39,206 bases of DNA from an uncultured Chloroflexota bacterium (GCA_903938075.1 CAJABS010000073.1:1-39206), one strand, 5' to 3'; numbered from the stretch's first letter, positions 1 to 8,787 are shown. The notes: generated by a model from the letters alone, not told the origin. A program made the numbers and translations.

Positions 1-800
1 ATCTCGTCGACGGCAGCCTGGTATGCGAGCGTTGCAAACGGATGGTGGTTGAACCCCTTCAACGTTAGGTACTCAACGTTGCCGAGTTGCGCCAACGGTT
101 TCGTCCACTCCGGCCGCACCAGCGTGTCACCCTCACCCTGCGTCACCAGCGTCGGAACTGGGAAGTTCCCGCCCGCGGCAACAACGGCACGCGCCGCCCG
201 CTGCGCGCGGAAACCTTCATCGCCAAGTCGCGTCGTCACCGCGTAGAGATAATCGGGCGCCGTTGGATCAAGGTTCTGGAGGCGCTGTCCAGGACTGGTG
301 TCGCTGCCGACGCCAGTCGGGATGCGCATCATTGGGAGAACGCGCGACAAGATTGGCGCAACAACTCGCTTCCAGGTTGCGATGCGTGCCTCAAGTGCTG
401 GCGCAGAGAGAACGAGATAATCGGGCTTTGTGAGCCCCGCAGCGACGGCGCCGAAGGCGATGAGGCCACCGAGGCTATGCGAGACGACAACGACTCGGCG
501 ACCGGAGCGCTGCAGCTCGCCCACCTGTTCGGCAAGGTCTAGGTGGAAGCGGCGGAACTCCTTCACATAGCCACGAGGCCCCTCGGAGCGTCCATGGCCC
601 CGTAGATCCCACGTGGTCGTGCGCCAGCCGGCGGCGGCAAAGGCGCGTGCCGACTGCACGTAGCGGCTGGAGTTCTCCCCGATCCCGTGCCCAAGGAGGA
701 GTTCGCCGAGCGGCTCCCCTGCAGGCTCATAGACGCGTCGGAAGAGCGTCACTCCGTCGCTCGCCGTGAAGGGGACCACGCTCTCCTGCTCCATGCTCAT
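1..800 (-). CDS. alpha/beta-fold hydrolase (lysophospholipase / monoacylglycerol-lipase-like); C-terminus runs off the window
   Basis: Absent from the ORF track (no stop inside the window). My reverse-strand translation from ATG at 800-798 gives MSMEQESVVPFTASDGVTLFRRVYEPAGEPLGELLLGHGIGENSSRY...WDLRGHGRSEG...VVVVSHSLGGLIAFG. It carries an HG oxyanion motif and a G-x-S-x-G-type nucleophile elbow (SHSLGG). The + strand ORF 87..542 is Arg-rich antisense noise. Confidence 0.7.
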   Translation of the reverse strand, partial: MSMEQESVVPFTASDGVTLFRRVYEPAGEPLGELLLGHGIGENSSRYVQSARAFAAAGWRTTTWDLRGHGRSEGPRGYVKEFRRFHLDLAEQVGELQRSGRRVVVVSHSLGGLIAFGAVAAGLTKPDYLVLSAPALEARIATWKRVVAPILSRVLPMMRIPTGVGSDTSPGQRLQNLDPTAPDYLYAVTTRLGDEGFRAQRAARAVVAAGGNFPVPTLVTQGEGDTLVRPEWTKPLAQLGNVEYLTLKGFNHHPFATLAYQAAVDE

Positions 801-855
801 GCGTGGGATCCTACACTTACAGGAGAGGCGCGCTGCGCCCGTATCGGAGGCCGCA

Positions 856-2259
856 ATGACCAACGCAAAGAAGACTCGCATCGAGCGCGATTCGTTCGGC
901 GAGATCGAGGTTCCGGCCGATCAGCACTGGGGCGCCCAGACGGCTCGCTCCCTGCACTTCTTCGCCATCGGCAGCGACCGTATGCCGCTTGAAGTGATTC
1001 ACGCGCTCGCCACCATCAAGAGCGCCGCGGCGAGCGTCAATGCCGAACTCGGACTCCTCCCCGCCGACAAGGCGAAGCTCATCGTCGAGGCCGCAAGCGT
1101 TGTGACGAGCGGCGGTGCCGACGGCGAGTTCCCTCTCTCGACCTGGCAGACCGGCTCTGGCACACAGAGCAACATGAACGTGAATGAGGTGATCGCCTCT
1201 ATCGCCAACGAGCGCGCCACCGGAACGCGCGGCGGGAAGAGCCCGATTCATCCGAACGATGACGTCAACCTCTCGCAGTCATCGAACGATGCCTTCCCCA
1301 GCGCCATACATATTGCAGCGACACTCGCCGTCAGCAAGACGCTCCTTCCGTCGCTGCGACACCTACACGCCACCATCAGTGCAAAGGCCGCCGCTTGGAG
1401 CGGCATCGTCAAGATTGGCCGCACGCACCTACAGGATGCGGTGCCGCTCACCCTCGGCCAGGAGTTTGGCGCGCATGCCGCAGCACTCGCAGGCGACATC
1501 GCCCGCATTGAGGCGGCGCAGAGCGAGCTCCGTGCAATCGCACTCGGCGGCACCGCCGTCGGCACCGGCTTGAACGCCCATCCTGAATTCGCCGAGCGCG
1601 CCGCTAAGGCGATCGCAAAGCTCACCGGCGAACCGATCGTCAGCGCACCGAATAAGTTCGCCGCACTTGCAGGACAGGAGGCAACACTCGCCGCCTCGGC
1701 TGCACTGCGCACCACCGCCGCAACGCTCATGAAGCTCGCCAACGATGTGCGCTGGCTCGCGTCTGGGCCACGAGCTGGCCTCGGCGAGTTGCGCATCCCG
1801 GAGAACGAGCCCGGCTCTTCGATCATGCCGGGGAAGGTGAACCCAACCCAGGCCGAGGCGCTGACGATGGTCTGCGTGCAGATCTACGGACTCGATGCGG
1901 CGATCGCCTTCGCCGCAAGCCAGGGGAACTTCCAGCTCAACGTCTTCAAGCCGCTGATTGCGCTCGACCTGCTGACGCAGATCCGTCTGCTGGGAGACGC
2001 GGCGCGCTCGTTCGCCGATCACTGCCTCGCTGGCACCGAGCCAGACGCGGCACGAATCACCGAACTGCTCAACGATTCGCTGATGCTGGTGACGGCGCTC
2101 ACGCCAGTGATTGGCTACGACAAGGCGGCGGAGATCGCCAAGCGCGCTCACGCAAGCGGCGGAACGCTGCGCGAGACCGCCCTTGAGCTCGGCTACATCA
2201 GCGCTGAACAGTTCGACGAGATCGTTCGCCCTGATCAGATGACGGGGCCAACTCGATGA
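856..2259 (+). CDS. fumC: class II fumarate hydratase
   Basis: ORF 766..2259 trimmed to ATG 856 (GGAGG at 846-850, 5-nt spacer). Motifs: ERDSFGEIEVPADQHWGAQTARS N-terminus, SSNDAFPSAIHIAA, THLQDAVPLTLGQEF and the fumarate-lyase signature GSSIMPGKVNP. The WGAQT N-terminus favours FumC over AspA. Confidence 0.93.
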   Translation: MTNAKKTRIERDSFGEIEVPADQHWGAQTARSLHFFAIGSDRMPLEVIHALATIKSAAASVNAELGLLPADKAKLIVEAASVVTSGGADGEFPLSTWQTGSGTQSNMNVNEVIASIANERATGTRGGKSPIHPNDDVNLSQSSNDAFPSAIHIAATLAVSKTLLPSLRHLHATISAKAAAWSGIVKIGRTHLQDAVPLTLGQEFGAHAAALAGDIARIEAAQSELRAIALGGTAVGTGLNAHPEFAERAAKAIAKLTGEPIVSAPNKFAALAGQEATLAASAALRTTAATLMKLANDVRWLASGPRAGLGELRIPENEPGSSIMPGKVNPTQAEALTMVCVQIYGLDAAIAFAASQGNFQLNVFKPLIALDLLTQIRLLGDAARSFADHCLAGTEPDAARITELLNDSLMLVTALTPVIGYDKAAEIAKRAHASGGTLRETALELGYISAEQFDEIVRPDQMTGPTR

Positions 2260-3314
2260 GCGGACGCTTGAAGATTGGCGTCTTGACCGGCGGCGGTGAC
2301 TGCCCAGGGCTAAACCCTGCAATTCGTGCCGTTGTGCACCGCGCGACGGTTGGCGGTCATGAAGTGGTCGGCATCCTTGATGGCTGGAAGGGGCTCGCCA
2401 CAGTTGGCGCACCGCTGACCCGACCGCTTGATCGCGCCGCGGTACACGGCATTCAGGCGCAGGGGGGCACGATGCTTGGCTCTAGCCGCACGAACCTGCT
2501 GAAGCGCGAGGGGGGCCTCGATGCCGCTGAGGCGAACATGCGTGCGCTCGGTCTGAACGCCCTGATCGCCATCGGTGGCGATGACACCCTCTCCGTTGCT
2601 GCAGGTCTCGCCAAGCGCGGCGCAGCGGTCAACGCCATTCCGAAGACGATGGATAACGACGTTTGGGGAACTGAAGGCTGCCTCGGCTTTGACACCGCCG
2701 CGAACATCGTTACTGAGGCGCTCGACCGGATCGCCACCACCACCGCATCGCATCACCGCGTTGCTGTTGTTGAGGTGATGGGGCGCGACGCAGGGTGGGT
2801 CGCCGCATGGGGCGGGCTCGCCGGCGGCGCGCACGCGATTCTGATCCCCGAGGTGGAGTTCACCGCCGCAGCGCTCGACGAGCTTGTCGCCAAGTTGAAG
2901 GCGCGACGCGCAATTGGCGATGGCAGCTCCATCATCGTTGTCTCCGAGGGGGTGAAGCTCCCCGCGGCAGGCGCAACCGCCACGTCGGTGCCGCTCGATG
3001 AGTTCGGCCACCCACGACTCGACAAGGTCGCCGTTGGCGATGCGCTCGCCACAATCCTCGAAGAGCGCAGCGGGCTCGAGGTGCGCTGCACCCGATTGGG
3101 CCACCTGCAGCGCGGCGGGGCGCCGTCGGCTGCCGACCGCGTGCTCGGCACGCGCTACGGCGTTGCCGCTGTAGAGGCGCTCGAGGCTGGTCGCCTCGGC
3201 GTGATGGTCGCGCTGAAGGGCGGCGCGATCGTTGAGGTGCCGCTCACCGAGGTCGGCGGAAAGAATCGCTCCATTGATCTCAGCTACCCACCACTCTTCC
3301 CACACTTCGACTAG
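2256..3314 (+). CDS. pfkA: 6-phosphofructokinase, PFK family A (Asp in GGDDT hints at a PPi-type donor, see findings)
   Basis: Motifs KIGVLTGGGDCPGLNPAIRAVV, IAIGGDDT, IPKTMDNDV, VMGRDAGW, LGHLQRGG. ATGA overlap with the fumC stop (2256-2259). Confidence 0.9.
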   Translation: MSGRLKIGVLTGGGDCPGLNPAIRAVVHRATVGGHEVVGILDGWKGLATVGAPLTRPLDRAAVHGIQAQGGTMLGSSRTNLLKREGGLDAAEANMRALGLNALIAIGGDDTLSVAAGLAKRGAAVNAIPKTMDNDVWGTEGCLGFDTAANIVTEALDRIATTTASHHRVAVVEVMGRDAGWVAAWGGLAGGAHAILIPEVEFTAAALDELVAKLKARRAIGDGSSIIVVSEGVKLPAAGATATSVPLDEFGHPRLDKVAVGDALATILEERSGLEVRCTRLGHLQRGGAPSAADRVLGTRYGVAAVEALEAGRLGVMVALKGGAIVEVPLTEVGGKNRSIDLSYPPLFPHFD

Positions 3315-3317
3315 CCG

Positions 3318-4001
3318 ATGGCGCGACTGATTCTCGTTCGCCACGCGCGTACCGCCGAGACCGGCATCAAGCTGAGCGGACGCATCAAGGGGATCCCCCT
3401 CAGCCCAGCGGGTCGCAAAGAGGCGGCGGCACTCGCCGAGGCACTCAGCGCCGTACAGATCGCTGGTATCGCCTCATCGCCAATGCAGCGCTGCCTCGAG
3501 ACTGCCGAAGCGGTGCGCTCGATGCGCGGACCAAGCGTGAAGTCGCGCCCCGACATCGTGGTCGACGAGCGCCTCACCGAGGTGGAGTACGGCGATTGGT
3601 CAGGCAAGGAGCTGCGCAACCTTATGAAGGATCCACTCTGGAACACGGTCCAGCGCCAGCCATCCGCCATGGTCTTCCCAAACGGCGAGTCGCTCCGCGC
3701 CGCCTCCGCCCGCGCCGTTGAAGCGATTCGTGAGATCGATGCGCGATTCGACGACGACGAGACCTGGCTCTGCGCCAGCCACGGCGACATCATCAAGGCG
3801 ATCGTTGCCGACGCGCTCGGCACCCCGCTCGACCTCTTCCAGCGCATTGCCATCGATCCGGCCAGCATCACCGTCATTCGCTACAGCGGCGAGCGCCCAA
3901 CGGTCGTGCGCGTAAATCTATCAGCGGAAGGGGCGGCCGCTGGTCTGGCCGACAAACCGAAGCGACCATCACTCCTCGGGCGACTGCGCGGCGAAGGCTG
4001 A
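3318..4001 (+). CDS. histidine-phosphatase superfamily protein (MSMEG_4193-type putative phosphomutase)
   Basis: Motifs LILVRHARTAET (RHG-type motif), SSPMQRCLETA, EVEYGDWSG, and CASHGDIIKA (second catalytic His). The start lies 3 nt after the pfk stop. The DUF3090 and SCO1664-type ORFs follow. Confidence 0.8.
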   Translation: MARLILVRHARTAETGIKLSGRIKGIPLSPAGRKEAAALAEALSAVQIAGIASSPMQRCLETAEAVRSMRGPSVKSRPDIVVDERLTEVEYGDWSGKELRNLMKDPLWNTVQRQPSAMVFPNGESLRAASARAVEAIREIDARFDDDETWLCASHGDIIKAIVADALGTPLDLFQRIAIDPASITVIRYSGERPTVVRVNLSAEGAAAGLADKPKRPSLLGRLRGEG

Positions 4002-4558
4002 TGGCGCGGCGGATCATCCGCTTCGACCCACCCGACCAGTTCATTGCTGGCGCCATTGGTGAGCCCGGGCAGCGCCTCTTTCATCTGCAGGCGATCGGCG
4101 GCGGCATCGCCGCAACAGTGATCGTCGAAAAGAGCCAGATTGCGGTCCTCTCGCGGAGAATCGTTGAGATGCTGAAAGACCTCAGCGAGGGTGGCAGCGT
4201 GCAACTACCGAGCGCACCGCTCCCCCTGCCGCGCAAGCTGCCAGCACTCGCCGAACCGTTTACCGCTGAGTTCCGCGTCGGCACCATTGCCCTCGCCTGG
4301 GATCCGCTGCTCACGCGTCTCATCCTCGAGTTCCGCGATGACATGAGCGTTGAGGATGCCGCCGCTCCCCCACCGATCAACGACGCCCCCAACGGCCCAG
4401 ATGTGTTGCGCGTATCGCTCAGCATTGCCGCCGCCCTTGAGTTTGCAGAGAACTCGCTCCAGCTCGCGGCCGCGGGCCGACCGATCTGCCCGAACTGCGG
4501 CGTGCCGCTCGATCCGCGCGGCCATCGCTGCGCACGCAAGGCTGCACTTCTCAACTGA
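4001..4558 (+). CDS. DUF3090 family protein (function unknown)
   Basis: Motifs RFDPPDQFIAGAIGEPGQRLFHLQA and FRVGTIALAWDP, plus a C-terminal CPNCGVPLDPRGHRC zinc-knuckle-like motif. TGATG overlap with the upstream gene. Confidence 0.7.
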   Translation: MARRIIRFDPPDQFIAGAIGEPGQRLFHLQAIGGGIAATVIVEKSQIAVLSRRIVEMLKDLSEGGSVQLPSAPLPLPRKLPALAEPFTAEFRVGTIALAWDPLLTRLILEFRDDMSVEDAAAPPPINDAPNGPDVLRVSLSIAAALEFAENSLQLAAAGRPICPNCGVPLDPRGHRCARKAALLN

Positions 4559-4559
4559 G

Positions 4560-5330
4560 GTGACCGGCGTAGCATCGACACCGAACTGGCGCGGAGCGCT
4601 CCCCACTACCGCAGGTCTCGTTGAGATCGATGAGGCGATTCGCTTGATGCAGCTCTCAAACGATCTCACGCCGATCGGACGCATCGCCGAGGCGAGTAAC
4701 GCTAGCTTCCTCTGTGAGATCGACGGCGGACTGCAGGTGATCTACAAGCCCATTCGCGGCGAACTGCCGCTCTGGGACTTCCCTGAAGGGAGCCTCGCGG
4801 CGCGCGAGGCTGCTGCGTATCTTGTGAGCGAGGCTCTAGGGCTCGGCGTTGTGCCACCCACGATCCTGCGCGATGGCCCTGCGGGTGAGGGTGCGGTGCA
4901 GCTCTGGATTGACCATGCTGGCGTGCAGCGTGCAGTTGATCTCGTCAACGCCTCAGACGAGGGGCTGCGTCGCCTTGCCCTCTTCGACGCGATCGTGAAC
5001 AACGGCGACCGGAAGGGTGGACACATCCTCCCCCTCCCTGACGGCCGCATCCTTGGTGTTGATCACGGCGTCACCTTCGCCGTGGAGCCAAAGCTACGCA
5101 CCGTGCTCTGGGCGTGGCGCAGCAAGGCGTTCACCGATGAGGAGCGCGCAATCATCGCTGGCGGCGTTCAGGGCCTGACCGATAACGGAGCGCTGCGCGC
5201 CCAGCTCTCACCAATCCTCGACGGTGAGGAGATTGATGCGATGGCGGCGCGCCTCAGCGACCTCGCTGCGACGGACTGCTTCCCAGAGCCGAGCCCCGAC
5301 TGGCCGCCACTCCCGTGGCCGCTCGTCTAG
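4560..5330 (+). CDS. SCO1664-family protein with PI3/PI4-kinase-like catalytic motifs (function unknown)
   Basis: ORF 4350..5330 trimmed to the in-frame GTG at 4560, 1 nt after the DUF3090 stop. The upstream part overlaps DUF3090 and is low-complexity. Motifs: IAEASNASFLCEIDG, VIYKPIRGELPLWDFP, kinase-like catalytic loop NNGDRKGGHIL, and the DFG-equivalent GVDHGVTF. Confidence 0.7.
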   Translation: MTGVASTPNWRGALPTTAGLVEIDEAIRLMQLSNDLTPIGRIAEASNASFLCEIDGGLQVIYKPIRGELPLWDFPEGSLAAREAAAYLVSEALGLGVVPPTILRDGPAGEGAVQLWIDHAGVQRAVDLVNASDEGLRRLALFDAIVNNGDRKGGHILPLPDGRILGVDHGVTFAVEPKLRTVLWAWRSKAFTDEERAIIAGGVQGLTDNGALRAQLSPILDGEEIDAMAARLSDLAATDCFPEPSPDWPPLPWPLV

Positions 5331-5341
5331 AGGCGGTCAAG

Positions 5342-6364
5342 CTACGGGAGTAGCGACTCGTCGACGATATCGCTCGCCTTCAGTCCATCGAGCACCTGCT
5401 GGCCAGGGATCGAGCGCATGAAGTTGATGGACGTCTCCCAGCCCTCAACACTGATCGCCCCGTAGCCGGCGCTCTCTTGTAGTGGGCCGGCCCAGACGTC
5501 GACCGTTGCCTTCATAACAGCGAGGGAGCTCGCGCGGGCCGCAGGTGTCGCTGCGACCTCAGGAACAACCTTCGCAGCCGCATCAACGCCGAGCTCTGGG
5601 TTCGCTGCAATCTGTCGCATCGCCTCGAGTGTTGCGGCGATAAAGGCACGGATTGCATCACGCTTGCTCTCAATGGTCGTTGGCGATGAGATCAGGCCAG
5701 GCCCTGCGAATGGTGCCGCAGCCGAGGCGTAGAAGACCTCTACCTCTACCCCTGCCGCCTGCGCCTGCACCAGGTCGTTGTTGGCGTATCCGGTTGTTGC
5801 ATCAGCGGCGCCGCTGATTAGCGCCTGCGTCTGCCCAAAGTCTGGGTAGAGATCGAGCGATACATCACCAATGCTGAGCGATGCCTCGTCGAGAATGCCG
5901 AGCAGCGTCAGGTACCCAGAACCGTACTGGCCTGGCGTGCCAACGCGCTTCCCCTTCAGGTCGGCTGGACTCATGATCCCCGAATCGGTTCGCGCGATCA
6001 CAACGTTTGGCAGCACACCGTAGATGGTGGCCAGATAGCGGACAGGAATTCCCTGCGAAACAGCGGGGATCATGCTGGTGCCGTCGGCGAGGGCAAGATC
6101 AAGTCCGCCGCTACCGACAAGGCTGATCAGATCAGGATCGATCTGATTCTGCAGCGTTACTTCAAGGCCAGCAGCAGCATATGCGCCGCTCTGCTGCGCC
6201 AAATAGAAGGGGGCGAATTGAACGCCGGGGATGTAGCCGAGTCCGACTGTGAGCTTCACGGGGGTCACCGAAGCCGATGCTGATGGTGTCGGTGAGGCGC
6301 TCGATGTGCACCCAGCGGCAACCAGTGCGAGAGAACCGAGTAGTGCGACCAAAATCCGCTTCAT
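5342..6364 (-). CDS. ABC transporter substrate-binding lipoprotein, NMT1/THI5-SsuA/TauA-like (NitT/TauT family)
   Basis: ORF 5342..6448 trimmed to ATG 6364 (GGGGGG, then a 6-nt spacer). MKRILVALLGSLALVAAGC is a lipoprotein signal with a lipobox. The body resembles sulfonate/nitrate/HMP-type binding proteins (KLTVGLGYIPGVQFAPFYLA, GKRVGTPGQYGSGY). Confidence 0.8.
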   Translation of the reverse strand: MKRILVALLGSLALVAAGCTSSASPTPSASASVTPVKLTVGLGYIPGVQFAPFYLAQQSGAYAAAGLEVTLQNQIDPDLISLVGSGGLDLALADGTSMIPAVSQGIPVRYLATIYGVLPNVVIARTDSGIMSPADLKGKRVGTPGQYGSGYLTLLGILDEASLSIGDVSLDLYPDFGQTQALISGAADATTGYANNDLVQAQAAGVEVEVFYASAAAPFAGPGLISSPTTIESKRDAIRAFIAATLEAMRQIAANPELGVDAAAKVVPEVAATPAARASSLAVMKATVDVWAGPLQESAGYGAISVEGWETSINFMRSIPGQQVLDGLKASDIVDESLLP

Positions 6365-6392
6365 GGCTAACCCCCCTACGCTTGCGATCGCA

Positions 6393-7145
6393 TTACGCGA
6401 TCTTTTTTGATGATACCCGCTCAAAAAGAAGCACGAGCGCATACGCACTCACGCCAACGATCGCGATTTGCAACAGATCGGCAAAGAGGAGTGGCGTATC
6501 AAAGAGTGACCCGCGCGCAAGATTGAGAAGCACGCCAAGGCCTGCGGTGCCGCCGAGCCACTCGCCAACGATCGCCCCGACCACCGCGAGCGTTGCGGCA
6601 ACGCGTGCTCCAGCAAGGATGCCGCTACGTGCCGCAGGGAGTCGCGCGTACCGAAGGCTCTGCCAGCGCGTTGCGCCGAGTGAGCGCATCAGCTCAAGGG
6701 TTCCGGCATCAACGTCGCGCACGGCGACGAGCGTCGAGATGGCAACTGGGAAGAGCGTAATCAGCGCGCAGACGGCGACCTTTGCGGCGAGCCCTGGCCC
6801 GAGCCAGAGGACGAGGACCGGACCGAGCGCAAGAATTGGCGTCGACTGCGCCGCAACGAGATAGGGACTCACGACACGGCGAGCAGAGCCCGAGAGCCCG
6901 AGCGTGACGCCGATCAGGAGACCGAGCGCGCCGCCAAGCAGGCCACCGATCGTCACCTCGGTCACGGTGGGGACAAGATGGCGCAGCATGGTGCCGTCAG
7001 CCCACGCCTCCGCGAATCGCACCGCAATCACCGATGGTGCGGGGAGGATGAATTGCGGCACAGCAAAAATGCGCACCGCAACTTCCCATGCTGAGAGCAG
7101 GAGAGCTGCGACGGCGAGCGGAGTGAGTTGACTCAGCCTACGCAT
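6393..7145 (-). CDS. ABC transporter permease (SsuC/TauC-like)
   Basis: ORF 6393..7325 trimmed to ATG 7145 (MRRLSQLTPLAVAALLL), which overlaps the ATPase stop by 8 nt. It has multiple TM segments and an EAA-type loop (MRSLGATRWQSLRYARLPAARSGILAG). Confidence 0.85.
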   Translation of the reverse strand: MRRLSQLTPLAVAALLLSAWEVAVRIFAVPQFILPAPSVIAVRFAEAWADGTMLRHLVPTVTEVTIGGLLGGALGLLIGVTLGLSGSARRVVSPYLVAAQSTPILALGPVLVLWLGPGLAAKVAVCALITLFPVAISTLVAVRDVDAGTLELMRSLGATRWQSLRYARLPAARSGILAGARVAATLAVVGAIVGEWLGGTAGLGVLLNLARGSLFDTPLLFADLLQIAIVGVSAYALVLLFERVSSKKIA

Positions 7146-7923
7146 GCGACACCGAATCAAGGGCGGCGTAGAGGCGCGTCTGTCGCGCGGCGCCGTCAGG
7201 CGAGAGGAGTGCGGCACGACGCCCAGTTGCTGGCTGGCCCCGCAGGCCTGGCACCTCGAGTTGAATTGCTCCATCGGAGCCAAGCACCAGTACGCGATCG
7301 GCAACCAGTAGGGCCTCTGCGACATCGTGGGTCACGAGCAGCGTCGCCGCCCCTGCCACCAGCTCGGGGAGCTCGTCGTCGAGGCGAGCGCGCGTGATGG
7401 CGTCGAGTGCGGCGAACGGTTCGTCAAGCAACAGGAGTGACGGTCGTCGAACGAGCGCGCGAGCAAGCGCTACACGACCACGCTCTCCCCCTGAGATCTC
7501 AGCAGGATTCCGATCCAGTAGCCCGCCCGCACCAACGCGCTTGAGCGCCGCCTCAGCGGTAGCCCGCGCGCTCGAAAGCGACTCGCCCGCCAACTCCAAG
7601 GGGAGGGTCACATTGCGAAGCACTGTGCGCCATGGAAGGAGTCGCGACTCTTGAAAGACGATGCCGACCTCTGGGCGACCGGCGGCAGCCGCACTCCCGA
7701 CGAGCGCGATCTGGCCAGCGGTTGGTGTCAGCAGTCCGGCCACGAGGCGTAAGAGCGTCGACTTTCCCGATCCGTTGGCGCCCAAGAGCGCCACCGATTC
7801 ACCTGCGGCGATTGAGAGCGAGAGGTTGCGCAGCACGTCTCGTTCACCAAACGAGTGCGAGAGCCCGTCAACTTGCAGTATCTGCATCAGTACATCATCG
7901 CGTGCGAAGCCCGCACGCGCCAA
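7138..7923 (-). CDS. ABC transporter ATP-binding protein
   Basis: Walker A GANGSGKSTLL, signature ISGGERGRVALARAL, Walker B LLLLDEPFAALD. The longest ORF starts at TTG 7923, abutting the efeU stop. ATG 7887 (MQILQVDGLSHSF) is an equally plausible start. Confidence 0.88.
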   Translation of the reverse strand: MARAGFARDDVLMQILQVDGLSHSFGERDVLRNLSLSIAAGESVALLGANGSGKSTLLRLVAGLLTPTAGQIALVGSAAAAGRPEVGIVFQESRLLPWRTVLRNVTLPLELAGESLSSARATAEAALKRVGAGGLLDRNPAEISGGERGRVALARALVRRPSLLLLDEPFAALDAITRARLDDELPELVAGAATLLVTHDVAEALLVADRVLVLGSDGAIQLEVPGLRGQPATGRRAALLSPDGAARQTRLYAALDSVSHA

Positions 7924-8787
7924 TCAGGCGCCGGTTGCGGCTCGGTCTGCAGCGGCTCGCCGCACGGGGCGCACATAGAAGAAGAGGCCGAAGATCAGGT
8001 AGGCACCCTGCGCCAGGAGCGTTGTCAGTTCCGGAGTTGAGCTGTAGCCAACGATAGCGCGCAAGAACTGACCGATCCCCTCTTTGTGCGGCAGGATCGC
8101 AGAGATGTCGTAGACCGGGTTGATCAGAGCTGGCAGGAGGCCGAGCTCAATGAACTCATGGACGCCATACGAGAGAAGGCCCGACGCAATCACTACGAGT
8201 GCGGCGCCCGTCACGCTAAAGAAGGCGCTCAGGTTGAGTCGCAGCCCGGCACGGAAGATCAGCACGCCGATTCCGGCGGCGACGAGCAGACCGATAAAGG
8301 CACCCACAACGACGGAGAGCCCCTGATCGGCTGCCGCGGTGGTTTGACCAAGCAAGAAGAGCGCCGTCTCGATGCCCTCGCGAATCACCGCGGTGAAGGC
8401 GAGCAGGCTCAGGCCAAGAACCGACGTCGAGGCAACAGCGCGATCAACCCCGCTGCGCAGCTCTGCACCAAGGGTGACAGCCTGCTTGCGCATCCAGAAG
8501 AGCATGTAGGTGAGGATCACCACCGCAAGGAGTGAGGCGGAGCCAGCAAAGATCTTCTCCGCCGTTCCCTGGAGGCTTCCCAGTAGAAGGAATGCAAGGA
8601 CGCCAATGGTGGCTGAGGCGGCAACTGCTGCGGCGACGCCAAGCCAGACGCTGGAGAGTCGGTCCGCGCGACCAATCTTTACGAGGTAGCTGGCAATGAT
8701 GCCAACGATGAGTGCCGCCTCGACCCCTTCACGAAGTCCGGTGAGGAGACCGCCAAACCCCCACGCGAAGAAGCTTTCCACGTGCAT
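7924..8787 (-). CDS. efeU: FTR1/EfeU-family high-affinity iron permease
   Basis: ORF 7924..8805 trimmed to ATG 8787 (GAGAGGGGG immediately upstream). It has two REGxE motifs (LREGVEAALIV and IREGIETALFLLG) and about 7 TM segments. Confidence 0.82.
   Translation of the reverse strand: MHVESFFAWGFGGLLTGLREGVEAALIVGIIASYLVKIGRADRLSSVWLGVAAAVAASATIGVLAFLLLGSLQGTAEKIFAGSASLLAVVILTYMLFWMRKQAVTLGAELRSGVDRAVASTSVLGLSLLAFTAVIREGIETALFLLGQTTAAADQGLSVVVGAFIGLLVAAGIGVLIFRAGLRLNLSAFFSVTGAALVVIASGLLSYGVHEFIELGLLPALINPVYDISAILPHKEGIGQFLRAIVGYSSTPELTTLLAQGAYLIFGLFFYVRPVRRAAADRAATGA

Noticed and set aside
87-542. A 151-aa + strand ORF at the left edge.
   Set aside because: It is Arg-rich. The reverse strand encodes an alpha/beta hydrolase with HG and SHSLGG motifs that continues to ATG 800.
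1429-3344. Long - strand ORFs 1429..2412 and 2310..3344, opposite fumC and pfk.
   Set aside because: These are antisense shadows of two high-confidence genes, with an Arg/Gly/Leu-biased composition.
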